The position numbers were made by a program, and so were the translations under genes. DNA of 62,269 nt, counting the filler. It is 4 parts of 4 records of this genome, joined end to end, with 100 filler letters (N's around TTAATTAATTAA, not from the genome) between each part and the next. Parts side by side here need not be neighbours in the genome. Positions count along the whole stretch, not along the records: positions 23,597 to 52,705 come from DRR378314_582; positions 52,806 to 62,269 come from DRR378314_587; 2 more parts are not named here. One strand, 5' to 3'. Of this stretch, positions 41,984 through 52,832 are shown in pieces. Each line of letters starts with the position of its first letter. The first letter of the stretch is position 1. The notes under the pieces were generated by a model. The model had not been told where the DNA came from and searched no databases. It saw only the letters and a program-made list of their open reading frames with translations.

Positions 41984-44581
41984 ATGACCAATAGCGAACC
42001 GAGAGCCGGGGATACTATCGACAGCAACAAGGTTGCAGAGGTTCTTCAGACCGAAACCGGTGGAAGAGCTGCGACTGGTACTGCTGCAAAGATACTGTTT
42101 GTTGTTCCCCTGCTTTGGTCCCTCTTTCAGCTATGGATAGCATCACCGCTGCCCTATATCGTCGAGTTCGGTGTTTTTAACTCGACCGAAGCAAGATCCA
42201 TTCATCTTGCCTTTGCCGCGTTTCTCGCTTTTGCGGCTTACCCAATGATTCGTGGCAGGAATGTCGACCATGTACCGGTCTACGACTGGATTCTTGCCCT
42301 TGCCGCTGCTTTTGCAGCCTCTTATCTTTACGTCTTTTATGATCAGCTTGCGACGCGACCGGGCTCTCCCATAACCCAGGACCTTATCGTGGCCCTTGGT
42401 GGTCTGGTTCTGCTTTTGGAGGCGACCCGCCGTGCTCTGGGGCTGCCGCTGACCATTGTGGCTGGTGTGTTTCTTATCTACGCGCTGGCCGGCCCCTATA
42501 TGCCGGACGTTATCTCCCACAAAGGGGCAAGTCTGAGCAAGCTGTCGTCCCACATGTGGTTGGGAACGGAAGGTGTGTTTGGCGTCGCCCTCGGGGTTTC
42601 GACCAGTTTTGTCTTCCTGTTCGTGCTATTTGGCGCGTTGCTGGAACGGGCAGGGGCGGGTAACTACTTTATCCAGGTTGCCTACGCCATGCTTGGGCAT
42701 ATGCGTGGCGGTCCCGCCAAGGCTGCGGTAGTGTCCAGCGGCTTGAGTGGTGTGATTTCGGGTTCGTCCATCGCCAACGTGGTGACGACTGGCACCTTTA
42801 CCATCCCCCTCATGAAGCGGGTTGGTTTTCCCGCCACCAAGGCGGGTGCTGTTGAAGTGGCTGCGTCCACCAACGGCCAGTTAACGCCCCCCATCATGGG
42901 TGCGGCGGCCTTCCTGATGGTCGAGTATGTGGGTATTTCTTACCTGGAAGTGATCAAGCACGCCATCCTGCCTGCGCTGATTTCCTACGTGGCACTGATC
43001 TACATTGTTCACCTTGAGGCGTGCAAGCTCAAGATGAAGGGTATTGAACGTCCAAACCGGCCGACGCTGGCCCAGCGCATGCTGAACTGGGTTGTCATTC
43101 TGATTGGCCTGAGTGCTCTCACATTTGTTGTCTACTACGGCATTGGCTGGTTAAAGGTGCTTCTGGGTGAAGCGGCTGTATGGGTTCTTGGGCCCCTGTT
43201 GCTGCTCATTTATATTGGACTGGTTTGGTATTCCACCCGCTTTCCAGAGCTGGAGCAGGATGACCCTGAATCCTCAATGGATACGCTCCCGGAGGTAGGG
43301 CCCACGGTGAAAACCGGCCTTTACTTCCTGCTGCCCGTAGTCGTCCTGGTGTGGTGCCTGACAGTGGAGCGGTTCTCGCCTCAGCTGTCGGCATTCTGGG
43401 CGACCATGTTCATGGTGTTTATCGTTATTACCCAGCAACCATTGAAGGCCTTTTTCCGCAAGCGTGGGAATTTCCTTTCCGAGACAAAAACCGGCTTTGT
43501 TGACCTGACGCTGTCGCTGGTCACCGGTGCGCGCAACATGGTTGGTATCGGCGTGGCGACGGCTACGGCTGGTATCGTGGTCGGTACGGTCACGTTGACC
43601 GGCATTGGCCTGGTGATGACCCAGTTCGTGGAATTCATTTCAGGCGGTAACCTGTTGTTAATGCTGATTTTCACCGCGATTATCAGCCTGATTCTCGGGA
43701 TGGGGTTGCCGACAACGGCAAACTATATCGTCGTTTCTACATTGATGGCGCCCGTGATTGTGACCCTGGGTGCGCAAAGTGGGCTTCTGGTTCCACTTAT
43801 CGCTGTGCACCTGTTCGTGTTCTACTTCGGCATACTGGCGGATGATACGCCGCCCGTTGGGTTGGCCGCCTACGCGGCGGCGGCTATCTCGGGTGCCGAC
43901 CCGATACGAACGGGCGTGCAAGGTTTTACGTACGATATCCGCACGGCGATCCTGCCATTCATGTTCATCTTCAACACTCAGTTGTTGTTGATCGGGCTGA
44001 CAGGCTGGCTGGATTTACTGGTTACTATTGCCAGCGCAGTAACGGCCATGCTGGTTTTCTCTGCCGCTACCCAAGGCTATTGGTTTACCAAGAGCTATAA
44101 GTGGGAGTCAGCGCTGTTGCTCCTGATCACCTTTACCCTGTTCCGCCCCGGCTACTGGTGGGATATGGTCTACCCGGCAACGCAGGATCGTCCGGGAACC
44201 GAGGTGGTTGAGCACGTTGAGCGGATCCCGGCCGGTGAGTCTATTGTGCTTCAGGCCTCTGGTATGTCGCTCAGTGGTGATGAGGTGTCTACCTACCTGA
44301 GCCTGGAGCTGCCAGCTGCGGAATCTCCAGAGGCCCGGCTGGCAAATGCCGGCCTTGAGTTGTCCCGTCAGGACGACACGATGGTTGTGGATTTTGTCGG
44401 TTATGGCAGTGCCGCCGAAGACGCTGGCATCAGCTTCGGTTGGACGATTGATGCGGTCCAGGTTGAAAATGAGCGTCCACCCAAAGAACTCATGTTCATA
44501 CCCGCACTCATACTTCTTGGTCTTGTGGCCTTTGGCCAACTGCGGCGGCGAACGCCTGAAGAAGCCAGCGCTTACGGCTGA
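41984..44581 (+). CDS. TRAP transporter fused (4TM/12TM) permease
   Basis: RGGPAKAAVVSS, GSSIANVVTTGTFTIP, LGMGLPTTANY, DTPPVGLAA. Confidence 0.93.
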   Translation: MTNSEPRAGDTIDSNKVAEVLQTETGGRAATGTAAKILFVVPLLWSLFQLWIASPLPYIVEFGVFNSTEARSIHLAFAAFLAFAAYPMIRGRNVDHVPVYDWILALAAAFAASYLYVFYDQLATRPGSPITQDLIVALGGLVLLLEATRRALGLPLTIVAGVFLIYALAGPYMPDVISHKGASLSKLSSHMWLGTEGVFGVALGVSTSFVFLFVLFGALLERAGAGNYFIQVAYAMLGHMRGGPAKAAVVSSGLSGVISGSSIANVVTTGTFTIPLMKRVGFPATKAGAVEVAASTNGQLTPPIMGAAAFLMVEYVGISYLEVIKHAILPALISYVALIYIVHLEACKLKMKGIERPNRPTLAQRMLNWVVILIGLSALTFVVYYGIGWLKVLLGEAAVWVLGPLLLLIYIGLVWYSTRFPELEQDDPESSMDTLPEVGPTVKTGLYFLLPVVVLVWCLTVERFSPQLSAFWATMFMVFIVITQQPLKAFFRKRGNFLSETKTGFVDLTLSLVTGARNMVGIGVATATAGIVVGTVTLTGIGLVMTQFVEFISGGNLLLMLIFTAIISLILGMGLPTTANYIVVSTLMAPVIVTLGAQSGLLVPLIAVHLFVFYFGILADDTPPVGLAAYAAAAISGADPIRTGVQGFTYDIRTAILPFMFIFNTQLLLIGLTGWLDLLVTIASAVTAMLVFSAATQGYWFTKSYKWESALLLLITFTLFRPGYWWDMVYPATQDRPGTEVVEHVERIPAGESIVLQASGMSLSGDEVSTYLSLELPAAESPEARLANAGLELSRQDDTMVVDFVGYGSAAEDAGISFGWTIDAVQVENERPPKELMFIPALILLGLVAFGQLRRRTPEEASAYG

Positions 44582-44594
44582 CCGCTGTATCCTG

Positions 44595-44624
44595 AAGCCC
44601 GGCATTAACCTGCCGGGCTTTTTT
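44595..44624 (+). terminator. Intrinsic terminator after the TRAP operon
   Basis: AAGCCCGGCA-TTAACC-TGCCGGGCTT-TTTT. Confidence 0.88.
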
Positions 44625-44644
44625 CTGTTAAACTCCTGCGCGCA

Positions 44645-44702
44645 ACGGTCCGCGGTTTGTATCGCGGCCAACCGTCAACAAGTGGTCTTTGGTACGGATC
44701 AC
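44645..44702 (+). promoter_or_regulatory. thrS translational operator: two tRNA-Thr anticodon-arm mimics
   Basis: Hairpin CCGCGG-TTTGTA-TCGCGG (UGU) and hairpin GTGGTCT-TTGGTAC-GGATCAC (GGU), just upstream of the AGGAG RBS. Confidence 0.75.
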
Positions 44703-44725
44703 CTCTGAGTCCCTAGGAGCCTACT

Positions 44726-46651
44726 ATGCCCGTTGTTACCCTGCCGGATGGCAGTCACCGCAGTTTTGCTGAATCTGTTACCGTTCACGATGTCGCCGCA
44801 GACATTGGTGCCGGGCTTGCCAAGGCCGCCATTGCCGGCCGTGTGAATGGCAAGTTGGTCGATACCAGTTTCCCGATCGAAGAAGACGCTGAGCTCGCCA
44901 TTGTCACCGAGCGTGATGAAGACGGCGTCGACATTATCCGTCACTCCACGGCACACCTGCTCGCCATGGCTGTGAAGGAACTGTTTCCTTCCGCTCAGGT
45001 GACCATCGGCCCGGTTGTGGATAACGGGTTCTATTACGATTTCAAATTCGACCGGCCATTCACCAATGAAGACCTGAGCCGGATCGAAAAGCGCATGGAA
45101 GAACTGGCAAAGCAGGATATCCCGGTGTCCCGCTCGGTCATGTCCCGCGACGAGGCCGTTCGCCTGTTTGATGAGATGGGCGAGGAATATAAGGTCCGCA
45201 TCATTGAGGACATTCCCGGGGAAGAGGACCTGTCCTTTTACCGCCAGGGTGAGTTTATCGACCTCTGTCGTGGTCCTCATGTGCCTAACACCGGCAAGCT
45301 CAAGGCCTTCAAACTGACCAAGGTTGCCGGTGCATACTGGCGCGGTGATACCAGCAACGAGCAGTTGCAGCGCGTGTATGGCACGGCCTGGGGCAACAAG
45401 AAAGACCTTAAGGCGTACCTGCATCGCCTTGAAGAAGCCGAAAAGCGCGATCACCGTAAGATCGGCAAAAAGCTGAGTCTGTTCCACATGCAGGAAGAGG
45501 CTCCGGGCATGGTCTTCTGGCATCCGGACGGCTGGTCCCTGTATCAGGAGATTGAGCAGTACATGCGTCGCAAGCAGCATGAACATGACTACCAGGAAAT
45601 CAAGACTCCGCAGGTGGTTTCCAGGGCGCTTTGGGAAAAGTCAGGGCACTGGGACAAGTTCAAGGACGACATGTTCACCACCGAGTCTGAGAAACACGAC
45701 TACGCCATTAAGCCCATGAACTGCCCGTGCCATGTGCAGGTGTTCAATCAGGGACTGAAGAGTTATAAGGACCTGCCGCTGCGTCTGGCGGAGTTCGGCT
45801 CCTGCCACCGCAACGAGGCATCCGGTGCGCTGCACGGTCTGATGCGGGTACGCGGGTTTACCCAGGATGATGCGCACATCTTCTGTGAAGAGGATGCCAT
45901 TCAGCAGGAAGTGTCCGACTTTATCGGCATGCTCCACGAGATCTACGCGGATTTCGGGTTTACGGAGATTCTCTACAAGCTCTCCACCCGTCCGGAAAAG
46001 CGGGTTGGCTCAGACGAAGTCTGGGACAAGGCGGAAGCCGCGTTGGAGGAAGCTCTGAACCGGGAAGGCGTTGATTGGGAACTTTTACCCGGTGAGGGCG
46101 CGTTTTATGGCCCGAAAATCGAGTTTTCACTGAAAGACTGCATCGGTCGGGTGTGGCAATGTGGTACCATTCAGGTCGATTTTTCCATGCCGGGGCGTCT
46201 GGGAGCCCAATATGTGGCGGACAACTCCGAGCGTAAGACGCCGGTGATGTTGCACAGGGCGGTTCTGGGTTCGTTCGAGCGCTTTATTGGTATTCTCATC
46301 GAGGAATACGAGGGAGCGTTCCCGACATGGTTGGCGCCAACGCAGATCGCGGTGCTCAATATTACCGACAATCAGCGTGATTATTGCCAGAATCTTGCGA
46401 AAAAGTGGGATTCCCTTGGCTATAGGGTTAATGCTGACTTGAGAAACGAGAAGATCGGCTTTAAAATCCGCGAGCATACTATTAACAAAGTTCCCTTCCT
46501 TGTTGTTATCGGCGACAAAGAAGTTGAAAACAACGCTGTTGCGGTGAGAACCCGCAAGGGTGAGGATCTGGGAACTTTATCGCTGGAAGCGTTTGAGCAG
46601 CTAATGGCTGATGAAATCAATCGCAAAGGCAGAACCAAAACGGAGATCTGA
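44726..46651 (+). CDS. thrS: Threonyl-tRNA synthetase
   Basis: [38 protein letters not shown]. Confidence 0.98.
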   Translation: MPVVTLPDGSHRSFAESVTVHDVAADIGAGLAKAAIAGRVNGKLVDTSFPIEEDAELAIVTERDEDGVDIIRHSTAHLLAMAVKELFPSAQVTIGPVVDNGFYYDFKFDRPFTNEDLSRIEKRMEELAKQDIPVSRSVMSRDEAVRLFDEMGEEYKVRIIEDIPGEEDLSFYRQGEFIDLCRGPHVPNTGKLKAFKLTKVAGAYWRGDTSNEQLQRVYGTAWGNKKDLKAYLHRLEEAEKRDHRKIGKKLSLFHMQEEAPGMVFWHPDGWSLYQEIEQYMRRKQHEHDYQEIKTPQVVSRALWEKSGHWDKFKDDMFTTESEKHDYAIKPMNCPCHVQVFNQGLKSYKDLPLRLAEFGSCHRNEASGALHGLMRVRGFTQDDAHIFCEEDAIQQEVSDFIGMLHEIYADFGFTEILYKLSTRPEKRVGSDEVWDKAEAALEEALNREGVDWELLPGEGAFYGPKIEFSLKDCIGRVWQCGTIQVDFSMPGRLGAQYVADNSERKTPVMLHRAVLGSFERFIGILIEEYEGAFPTWLAPTQIAVLNITDNQRDYCQNLAKKWDSLGYRVNADLRNEKIGFKIREHTINKVPFLVVIGDKEVENNAVAVRTRKGEDLGTLSLEAFEQLMADEINRKGRTKTEI

Positions 46652-46653
46652 TT

Positions 46654-47190
46654 ATTAAACAGCGAGCGAATCGGGGGCGCACTCCAAAAGCGCCGATCAA
46701 CGAGAACATTGACGCAACTGAAGTCCGTCTGATCGATGCCGAAGGCAATCAGGTCGGTGTCGTACCGATTGAAGATGCACTCAAGCAGGCTGAAGAAGCG
46801 TCTCTTGACCTGGTTCAGGTTACGGATTCCGATCCGATCGTCTGTAAGATAATGGACTACGGCAAGAAAATCTTCGATGAGAAGAAGGCCAAAGCGGCTG
46901 CCAAGAAGAAGCAGAAGCAGACGCAGGTCAAAGAGCTTAAGTTCCGACCAGGAACTGAAGAAGGGGATTATCAGGTCAAACTACGCAACCTGGTACGTTT
47001 CCTTGAAAACGGGGATCGCGGCAAAATCACTATCCGCTTCCGTGGGCGTGAGATGGCACACCAGGAAATTGGTATGAAGCTCATGAACAGAATCGAAGTG
47101 GATATTGAAGAGCTTGCCCAGGTAGAACAGCGGCCGAAAATGGAAGGCCGCCAGATGACCATGGTTGTGGCCCCCCGTAAAAAGAAGTGA
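46654..47190 (+). CDS. infC: Translation initiation factor IF-3, ATT start
   Basis: ATT AAA CAG.. is in frame with [30 protein letters not shown] 8 nt upstream. Confidence 0.93.
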   Translation: MKQRANRGRTPKAPINENIDATEVRLIDAEGNQVGVVPIEDALKQAEEASLDLVQVTDSDPIVCKIMDYGKKIFDEKKAKAAAKKKQKQTQVKELKFRPGTEEGDYQVKLRNLVRFLENGDRGKITIRFRGREMAHQEIGMKLMNRIEVDIEELAQVEQRPKMEGRQMTMVVAPRKKK

Positions 47191-47283
47191 ACCTGATCCG
47201 GTGCTGATCCCCCGCGGTCGCGGGGGATTTGTCGTTCAGGGGCACATTGATATCACTTAAAAACAGAATGCGGAGTTTTAAAA

Positions 47284-47475
47284 ATGCCCAAGATGAAAAC
47301 CAAAAGCGGGGCCACCAAGCGGTTCAAGAAAACCGCGACTGGCTTCAAGCATAAGCAATCCTTCACCAGTCATATCTTGACCAAGAAGAGCCCGAAGCGT
47401 AAGCGTCAGCTCCGTGGTACCAAGTTGATTGCCAAGTCCGATGTGGCTTCAATCAAACGTATGACGGCGTGCTGA
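47284..47475 (+). CDS. rpmI: 50S ribosomal protein L35
   Basis: [30 protein letters not shown]. Confidence 0.97.
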   Translation: MPKMKTKSGATKRFKKTATGFKHKQSFTSHILTKKSPKRKRQLRGTKLIAKSDVASIKRMTAC

Positions 47476-47525
47476 TTCAGCCGCTAGCCATTTCTTTTTA
47501 GGTTTAAAGGTAGAAGGACTAACGT

Positions 47526-47879
47526 ATGCCTCGCGTAAAACGTGGTGTGGTTGCACGCCGTCGTCATAAAAAGATTCTCAGTCAGGCCAAGGGTTATTAC
47601 GGAGCGCGTAGCCGCGTCTTCCGCGTAGCCAAACAGGCGGTTATCAAGGCCGGTCAGTACGCTTACCGTGACCGTCGTAACCGTAAGCGCTCGTTTCGTG
47701 CACTGTGGATTGCCCGTATTAATGCTGGCGCCCGTGCCAACGGCCTGTCTTACAGCCGTCTGATTGCCGGCCTGAAAAAGGCCAACGTTGAGATCGACCG
47801 TAAGGTTCTGGCCGACCTGGCCATGAACGAGCAGCAGGCGTTTACCGCTGTTGTTGAGAAGGCCAAAGCGTCTCTGTGA
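47526..47879 (+). CDS. rplT: 50S ribosomal protein L20
   Basis: [26 protein letters not shown]. Confidence 0.97.
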   Translation: MPRVKRGVVARRRHKKILSQAKGYYGARSRVFRVAKQAVIKAGQYAYRDRRNRKRSFRALWIARINAGARANGLSYSRLIAGLKKANVEIDRKVLADLAMNEQQAFTAVVEKAKASL

Positions 47880-47948
47880 TCGCTTAGCTCTTTCATCGGT
47901 TAACCGATCGATTCGGGCGTCTCCATGGTCTCATGAAGACGCCTTCTG

Positions 47949-47984
47949 ATAGGGGAAGGGCGCGCTCTTCCCCTATTTTTGTTT
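47949..47984 (+). terminator. Intrinsic terminator between rplT and pheS
   Basis: ATAGGGGAAG-GGCGCGCT-CTTCCCCTAT-TTTT. Confidence 0.85.
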
Positions 47985-47991
47985 AGAGTGA

Positions 47992-49017
<1,026 letters not shown>

Positions 49018-49076
49018 ACGCATCTCTACGGTAAACGAATTAATAGGCAACACCGCATCAGAACAAGGCAGATACC

Positions 49077-51449
49077 ATGAAATTCAGTGAACAGTGGCTA
49101 CGGGAATGGGTCAATCCTGCGAACGGAACCCAGGCATTGATGGATCAGATCACCATGGCGGGTCTGGAAGTTGACGGGTTTGAGCCGGTAGCCGGCACGT
49201 TCAGTGGCATTGTTGTGGGTGAGGTCCTCTCGGTATCCCCCCATCCTGACGCGGACAAGCTCCGGGTTTGTCAGGTTAGTGATGGTGCTCAGGCGGTACA
49301 GGTGGTTTGTGGTGCCCCTAATGTGCGCGATGGCCTGAAAGTGCCTTTTGCCGTCGTTGGAGCGGTGCTGCCTGGCGACTTCAAAATCAAGAAAGCCAAG
49401 CTGCGTGGCCAGCCTTCAGAGGGGATGCTGTGCTCGGAGTCAGAGCTTGGCCTGTCTGACAGCCACGACGGCCTCATGGAATTGCCGGACGACGCGCCGG
49501 TCGGTCAGGGATTGAGTGAGTTTCTCAAGCTGAACGATGTCACCATCGACGTGGACCTGACACCTAATCGCAGTGATTGCCTGTCGATCAAGGGTATCGC
49601 CAGGGAAGTAGGGGTACTGAACAGCCTTGTGGTTGAGGGCCCTGAAATACTCCCCGTGGAGGCAGTGCACTCAGAGGTGCCAAATATCGCAGTGAAGGAC
49701 CCAGAAGGTTGTCCTCGGTATCTGGGGCGAATCCTGCGCAATGTGGACCTGAGCGTTGAGTCCCCGCTGTGGATGCAGGAAAAGCTTCGCCGCTCTGGCA
49801 TCCGCTCCATCGACGCGGCAGTCGATGTCACCAACTATGTGATGCTCGAACTGGGCCAACCCCTGCACGCCTTTGACCGCGAGGAAATCGAGGGTGGCAT
49901 CGTTGTGCGTTGCGCAACGGAGGGGGAGAAGCTGGTGCTCCTGGACGGCCAGGAAGTCGAGTTGACGACGGATACCCTGATTATCGCGGATCATGCCAAA
50001 CCCATCGCCATTGCCGGTGTGATGGGTGGCGAACATTCGGGGGTCAGTGAGAAAACCCGTGATCTGATCCTGGAGGCGGCCTACTTCGACCCGATCACCC
50101 TGGCGGGCAAGGCGCGCCACTATGGCCTTCATACCGACGCCTCGCATCGCTTTGAGCGAGGAGTGGATTACGAGCTTGCCCGAGATGCCATGGAGCGTGC
50201 AACCGCATTGTTGATGTCCATTGTAGGCGGCGAGCCAGGCGACATTGTTGAGGTGGTCAGCAAACAGGATTTACCAGAAGACCGAACGGTTGACCTCCGG
50301 GAGAAGCGAGTTGCTGATGTATTGGGGCTTGAGATCGACCGTACCACGGTGGAAGAAATTCTGACCCGACTTGGGCTTCATATCGACAAACTGCTGAAGC
50401 ACGGTTGGCGGGTACACGTACCGAGTTTTCGCCCGGACATCAGCATTGAAGAAGACCTGATCGAGGAGATTGGCCGGATATACGGTTACAACAACCTGCC
50501 GGTCACCGAGCCCACGGGCTCCCTTGGCCTGCGCCCGCAGGAAGAGGCCACTCGCCCGGTCTCGGCGATCCAGAACTATTTCGTGGCCTGTGGTTACCAG
50601 GAAGCGATCACCTACAGCTTTGTCGATCCGAAAGTGCAGGGTTTGGTTGATCCGGAGCGGGAAGGTATTGAGCTGGCAAACCCGATCTCGTCGGATCTGT
50701 CGGTGATGCGTACCAGTCTCTGGAGTGGTCTTCTGAAAACCGTGGCCCATAACCAGAATCGTCAGCAGCCGCGCATTCGCCTGTTCGAAACCGGTCTCCG
50801 GTTTATCAGGGATGGCGAGCGTATAGATCAGCGGCCTATGCTCTCGGGGGTCGTCGCCGGGGGGCAGTTGCCTGAAAACTGGGCCAACGGTCGCAGAAAT
50901 GCCGATTTCTTTGATGTAAAAGGAGATTTGGAGAGTCTGTTCCAGCTTCTTGGCGTGGAGGTACAGTTCCTTCCCAGCCAGCATCCGGCCTTGCATCCGG
51001 GCCAGACGGCGGAACTGCTTCGTGACGGGGAACATGTAGGCTGGCTGGGCACATTGCACCCACAAGTTCAGAAAAAACTGGAACTTAATGGCACGATCCT
51101 GATGTTTGAGCTATTCTTGAATTCGGTCGTTTCTGGATATGTGCCTAATTTCAAAGATATTTCAAAATTCCCTGAAGTTCGGCGGGATTTGGCTATCATT
51201 ATCGGAGGCGACGTGGGGTTTGCAGACGTCGAGCGCGTGGCGAGAAAGCGCGCCGGTGAGCACCTCACGGCTTTGCGTGCGTTTGATGTTTATGAAGGTG
51301 AAAGCCTGGGTGAAGGTAATCGAAGCCTTGCCCTCAGCCTGTTCTGGCAGCATCCCGAACGCACACTAAATGAAGAAGAGGTGCATTCGCTCTTCAACGG
51401 TGTGATCGACGCACTGAGGGAAGAGCTGGGGGCAACACTGAGGAGTTAG
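49077..51449 (+). CDS. pheT: Phenylalanyl-tRNA synthetase beta subunit
   Basis: HPDADKL, TPNRSDCLS, DASHRFERGVD. Confidence 0.98.
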   Translation: MKFSEQWLREWVNPANGTQALMDQITMAGLEVDGFEPVAGTFSGIVVGEVLSVSPHPDADKLRVCQVSDGAQAVQVVCGAPNVRDGLKVPFAVVGAVLPGDFKIKKAKLRGQPSEGMLCSESELGLSDSHDGLMELPDDAPVGQGLSEFLKLNDVTIDVDLTPNRSDCLSIKGIAREVGVLNSLVVEGPEILPVEAVHSEVPNIAVKDPEGCPRYLGRILRNVDLSVESPLWMQEKLRRSGIRSIDAAVDVTNYVMLELGQPLHAFDREEIEGGIVVRCATEGEKLVLLDGQEVELTTDTLIIADHAKPIAIAGVMGGEHSGVSEKTRDLILEAAYFDPITLAGKARHYGLHTDASHRFERGVDYELARDAMERATALLMSIVGGEPGDIVEVVSKQDLPEDRTVDLREKRVADVLGLEIDRTTVEEILTRLGLHIDKLLKHGWRVHVPSFRPDISIEEDLIEEIGRIYGYNNLPVTEPTGSLGLRPQEEATRPVSAIQNYFVACGYQEAITYSFVDPKVQGLVDPEREGIELANPISSDLSVMRTSLWSGLLKTVAHNQNRQQPRIRLFETGLRFIRDGERIDQRPMLSGVVAGGQLPENWANGRRNADFFDVKGDLESLFQLLGVEVQFLPSQHPALHPGQTAELLRDGEHVGWLGTLHPQVQKKLELNGTILMFELFLNSVVSGYVPNFKDISKFPEVRRDLAIIIGGDVGFADVERVARKRAGEHLTALRAFDVYEGESLGEGNRSLALSLFWQHPERTLNEEEVHSLFNGVIDALREELGATLRS

Positions 51450-51452
51450 CAG

Positions 51453-51755
51453 ATGGCGGCTTTGACGAAAGCGGAAATGGCAGAGCGCTTGTATGAGGAA
51501 TTGGGTCTGAACAAACGCGAAGCCAAGGAAATGGTGGAAGCTTTTTTCGACGAGATCAGAGGCGCTCTCAGCCACAACGAACAGGTGAAGTTATCGGGAT
51601 TCGGCAACTTTGATCTGCGTGACAAGAAGCAGCGGCCGGGACGGAACCCGAAAACTGGCGAGGAAATTCCGATCAGTGCACGGCGTGTTGTTACGTTTCG
51701 CCCGGGACAAAAACTAAAACAGAAAGTAGAAGCGTATGCTGGAACCCAGTCATAA
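51453..51755 (+). CDS. ihfA: Integration host factor alpha
   Basis: [28 protein letters not shown]. Confidence 0.98.
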   Translation: MAALTKAEMAERLYEELGLNKREAKEMVEAFFDEIRGALSHNEQVKLSGFGNFDLRDKKQRPGRNPKTGEEIPISARRVVTFRPGQKLKQKVEAYAGTQS

Positions 51756-52101
51756 CAACGAATTGCCCACCATACCGGGTAAACGTTACTTTACCATCGG
51801 GGAAGTTGCTGAACTTTGTGCGGTCAAGGCGCACGTGCTCAGATACTGGGAGCAGGAGTTCCCGCAGCTGTCTCCGGTCAAACGCCGCGGCAATCGCCGC
51901 TATTATCAGCGTGCTGATGTCATCACCATCCGCCAGATTCGCAGCCTGTTGTATGATCAGGGCTACACCATCGGCGGTGCCAAGCAGAAGCTCAGTAGCC
52001 ACGAGGTCAAAGACGATACCTCTCAATACAAGCAGCTGATCCGGCAGATGATTACCGAGCTGGAAGACGTTCTGGAAGTTCTTAACGCTCCGGTCAAGTA
52101 A
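51736..52101 (+). CDS. MerR-family regulator associated with ihfA
   Basis: [31 protein letters not shown]. Confidence 0.93.
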   Translation: MLEPSHNNELPTIPGKRYFTIGEVAELCAVKAHVLRYWEQEFPQLSPVKRRGNRRYYQRADVITIRQIRSLLYDQGYTIGGAKQKLSSHEVKDDTSQYKQLIRQMITELEDVLEVLNAPVK

Positions 52102-52116
52102 TCTGGCCCGAAACTG

Positions 52117-52149
52117 AAAGCCGAAGGTTCGCCTTCGGCTTTTTTGTTT
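52117..52149 (+). terminator. Intrinsic terminator
   Basis: AAAGCCGAAGG-TTCG-CCTTCGGCTTT-TTT. Confidence 0.88.
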
Positions 52150-52216
52150 ATGGCCGTCACCGAACTGAAAGCATGGGTCGTATAGTTGACTGACCCCCCC
52201 ATCGGAGAATAGCAAT

Positions 52217-52588
52217 ATGATTGGATACGTAACGATTGGCGTTAGTGATATGTCCCGAGCCAAGGCCTTTTATTCAGAGTTGTTGGGCGATATGGGCGCC
52301 AAAGTACTTCTGGATATGGGCCGTATAGCGTTTATTGGGGCGAGCATGAAGGCGCCGATGCTGGCTGTGTGCACGCCGTACGATGGCGAGCCCAATCAAC
52401 CGGGTAACGGCAACATGGTTGCGATCCCGCCGGGTTCCAAAGAGGCAGTGGACGCGCACTACAAGCGAGCGCTTGAACTAGGTGCAAGCTGTGACGGCGA
52501 GCCTGGCCAGAGAATTCCGGATCAGTTCTATGGAGCTTATGTGAGGGATCTGGATGGCAATAAGCTGGCCTTTTTCCACTTTGGCTAG
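52217..52588 (+). CDS. VOC/glyoxalase family protein
   Basis: MIGYVTIGVSD..AKAFY, GNGNMVA, FYGAYVRDLDGNKL. Confidence 0.9.
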   Translation: MIGYVTIGVSDMSRAKAFYSELLGDMGAKVLLDMGRIAFIGASMKAPMLAVCTPYDGEPNQPGNGNMVAIPPGSKEAVDAHYKRALELGASCDGEPGQRIPDQFYGAYVRDLDGNKLAFFHFG

Positions 52589-52606
52589 CCGCTACCCGTA
52601 AAAACG

Positions 52607-52638
52607 ACAAAGCCCGGGCCAATCGGCCCGGGCTTTGT
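52607..52638. terminator. Hairpin between the convergent VOC gene and tRNA
   Basis: ACAAAGCCCGGGCC-AATC-GGCCCGGGCTTTGT perfect 14-bp stem. Confidence 0.75.
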
Positions 52639-52648
52639 GTAGGGAATT

Positions 52649-52705
52649 TGGTCGGGACGGTAGGATTTGAACCTACGACCCCTTGCACCCCATGCAAGTG
52701 CGCTA
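52649..52705 (-). tRNA. tRNA-Pro(GGG), 5'-truncated
   Basis: Minus strand TAGCGCA-CTTGC-AT-GGG-GT-GCAAG-GGGTC-GTAGG-TTCAAAT-CCTAC-CGTCCCG-A-CCA. Confidence 0.92.
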
Positions 52706-52805
52706 NNNNNNNNNNNNNNNNNNNNNNNNNNNNNNNNNNNNNNNNNNNNTTAATTAATTAANNNNNNNNNNNNNNNNNNNNNNNNNNNNNNNNNNNNNNN
52801 NNNNN
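52706..52805. other. Artificial contig spacer
   Basis: N44-TTAATTAATTAA-N44. Confidence 0.97.
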
Positions 52806-52832
52806 CTCTCTCTCTCTCTCTCTCTCTCTCTC
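52806..52832. repeat. (CT)n microsatellite at contig start
   Basis: Direct reading of the sequence. Confidence 0.95.

Noticed and set aside
47191-47283. L20-responsive regulatory RNA between infC and rpmI
   Set aside because: A GC-rich hairpin is present, but I cannot show the long-range pairing needed to call it
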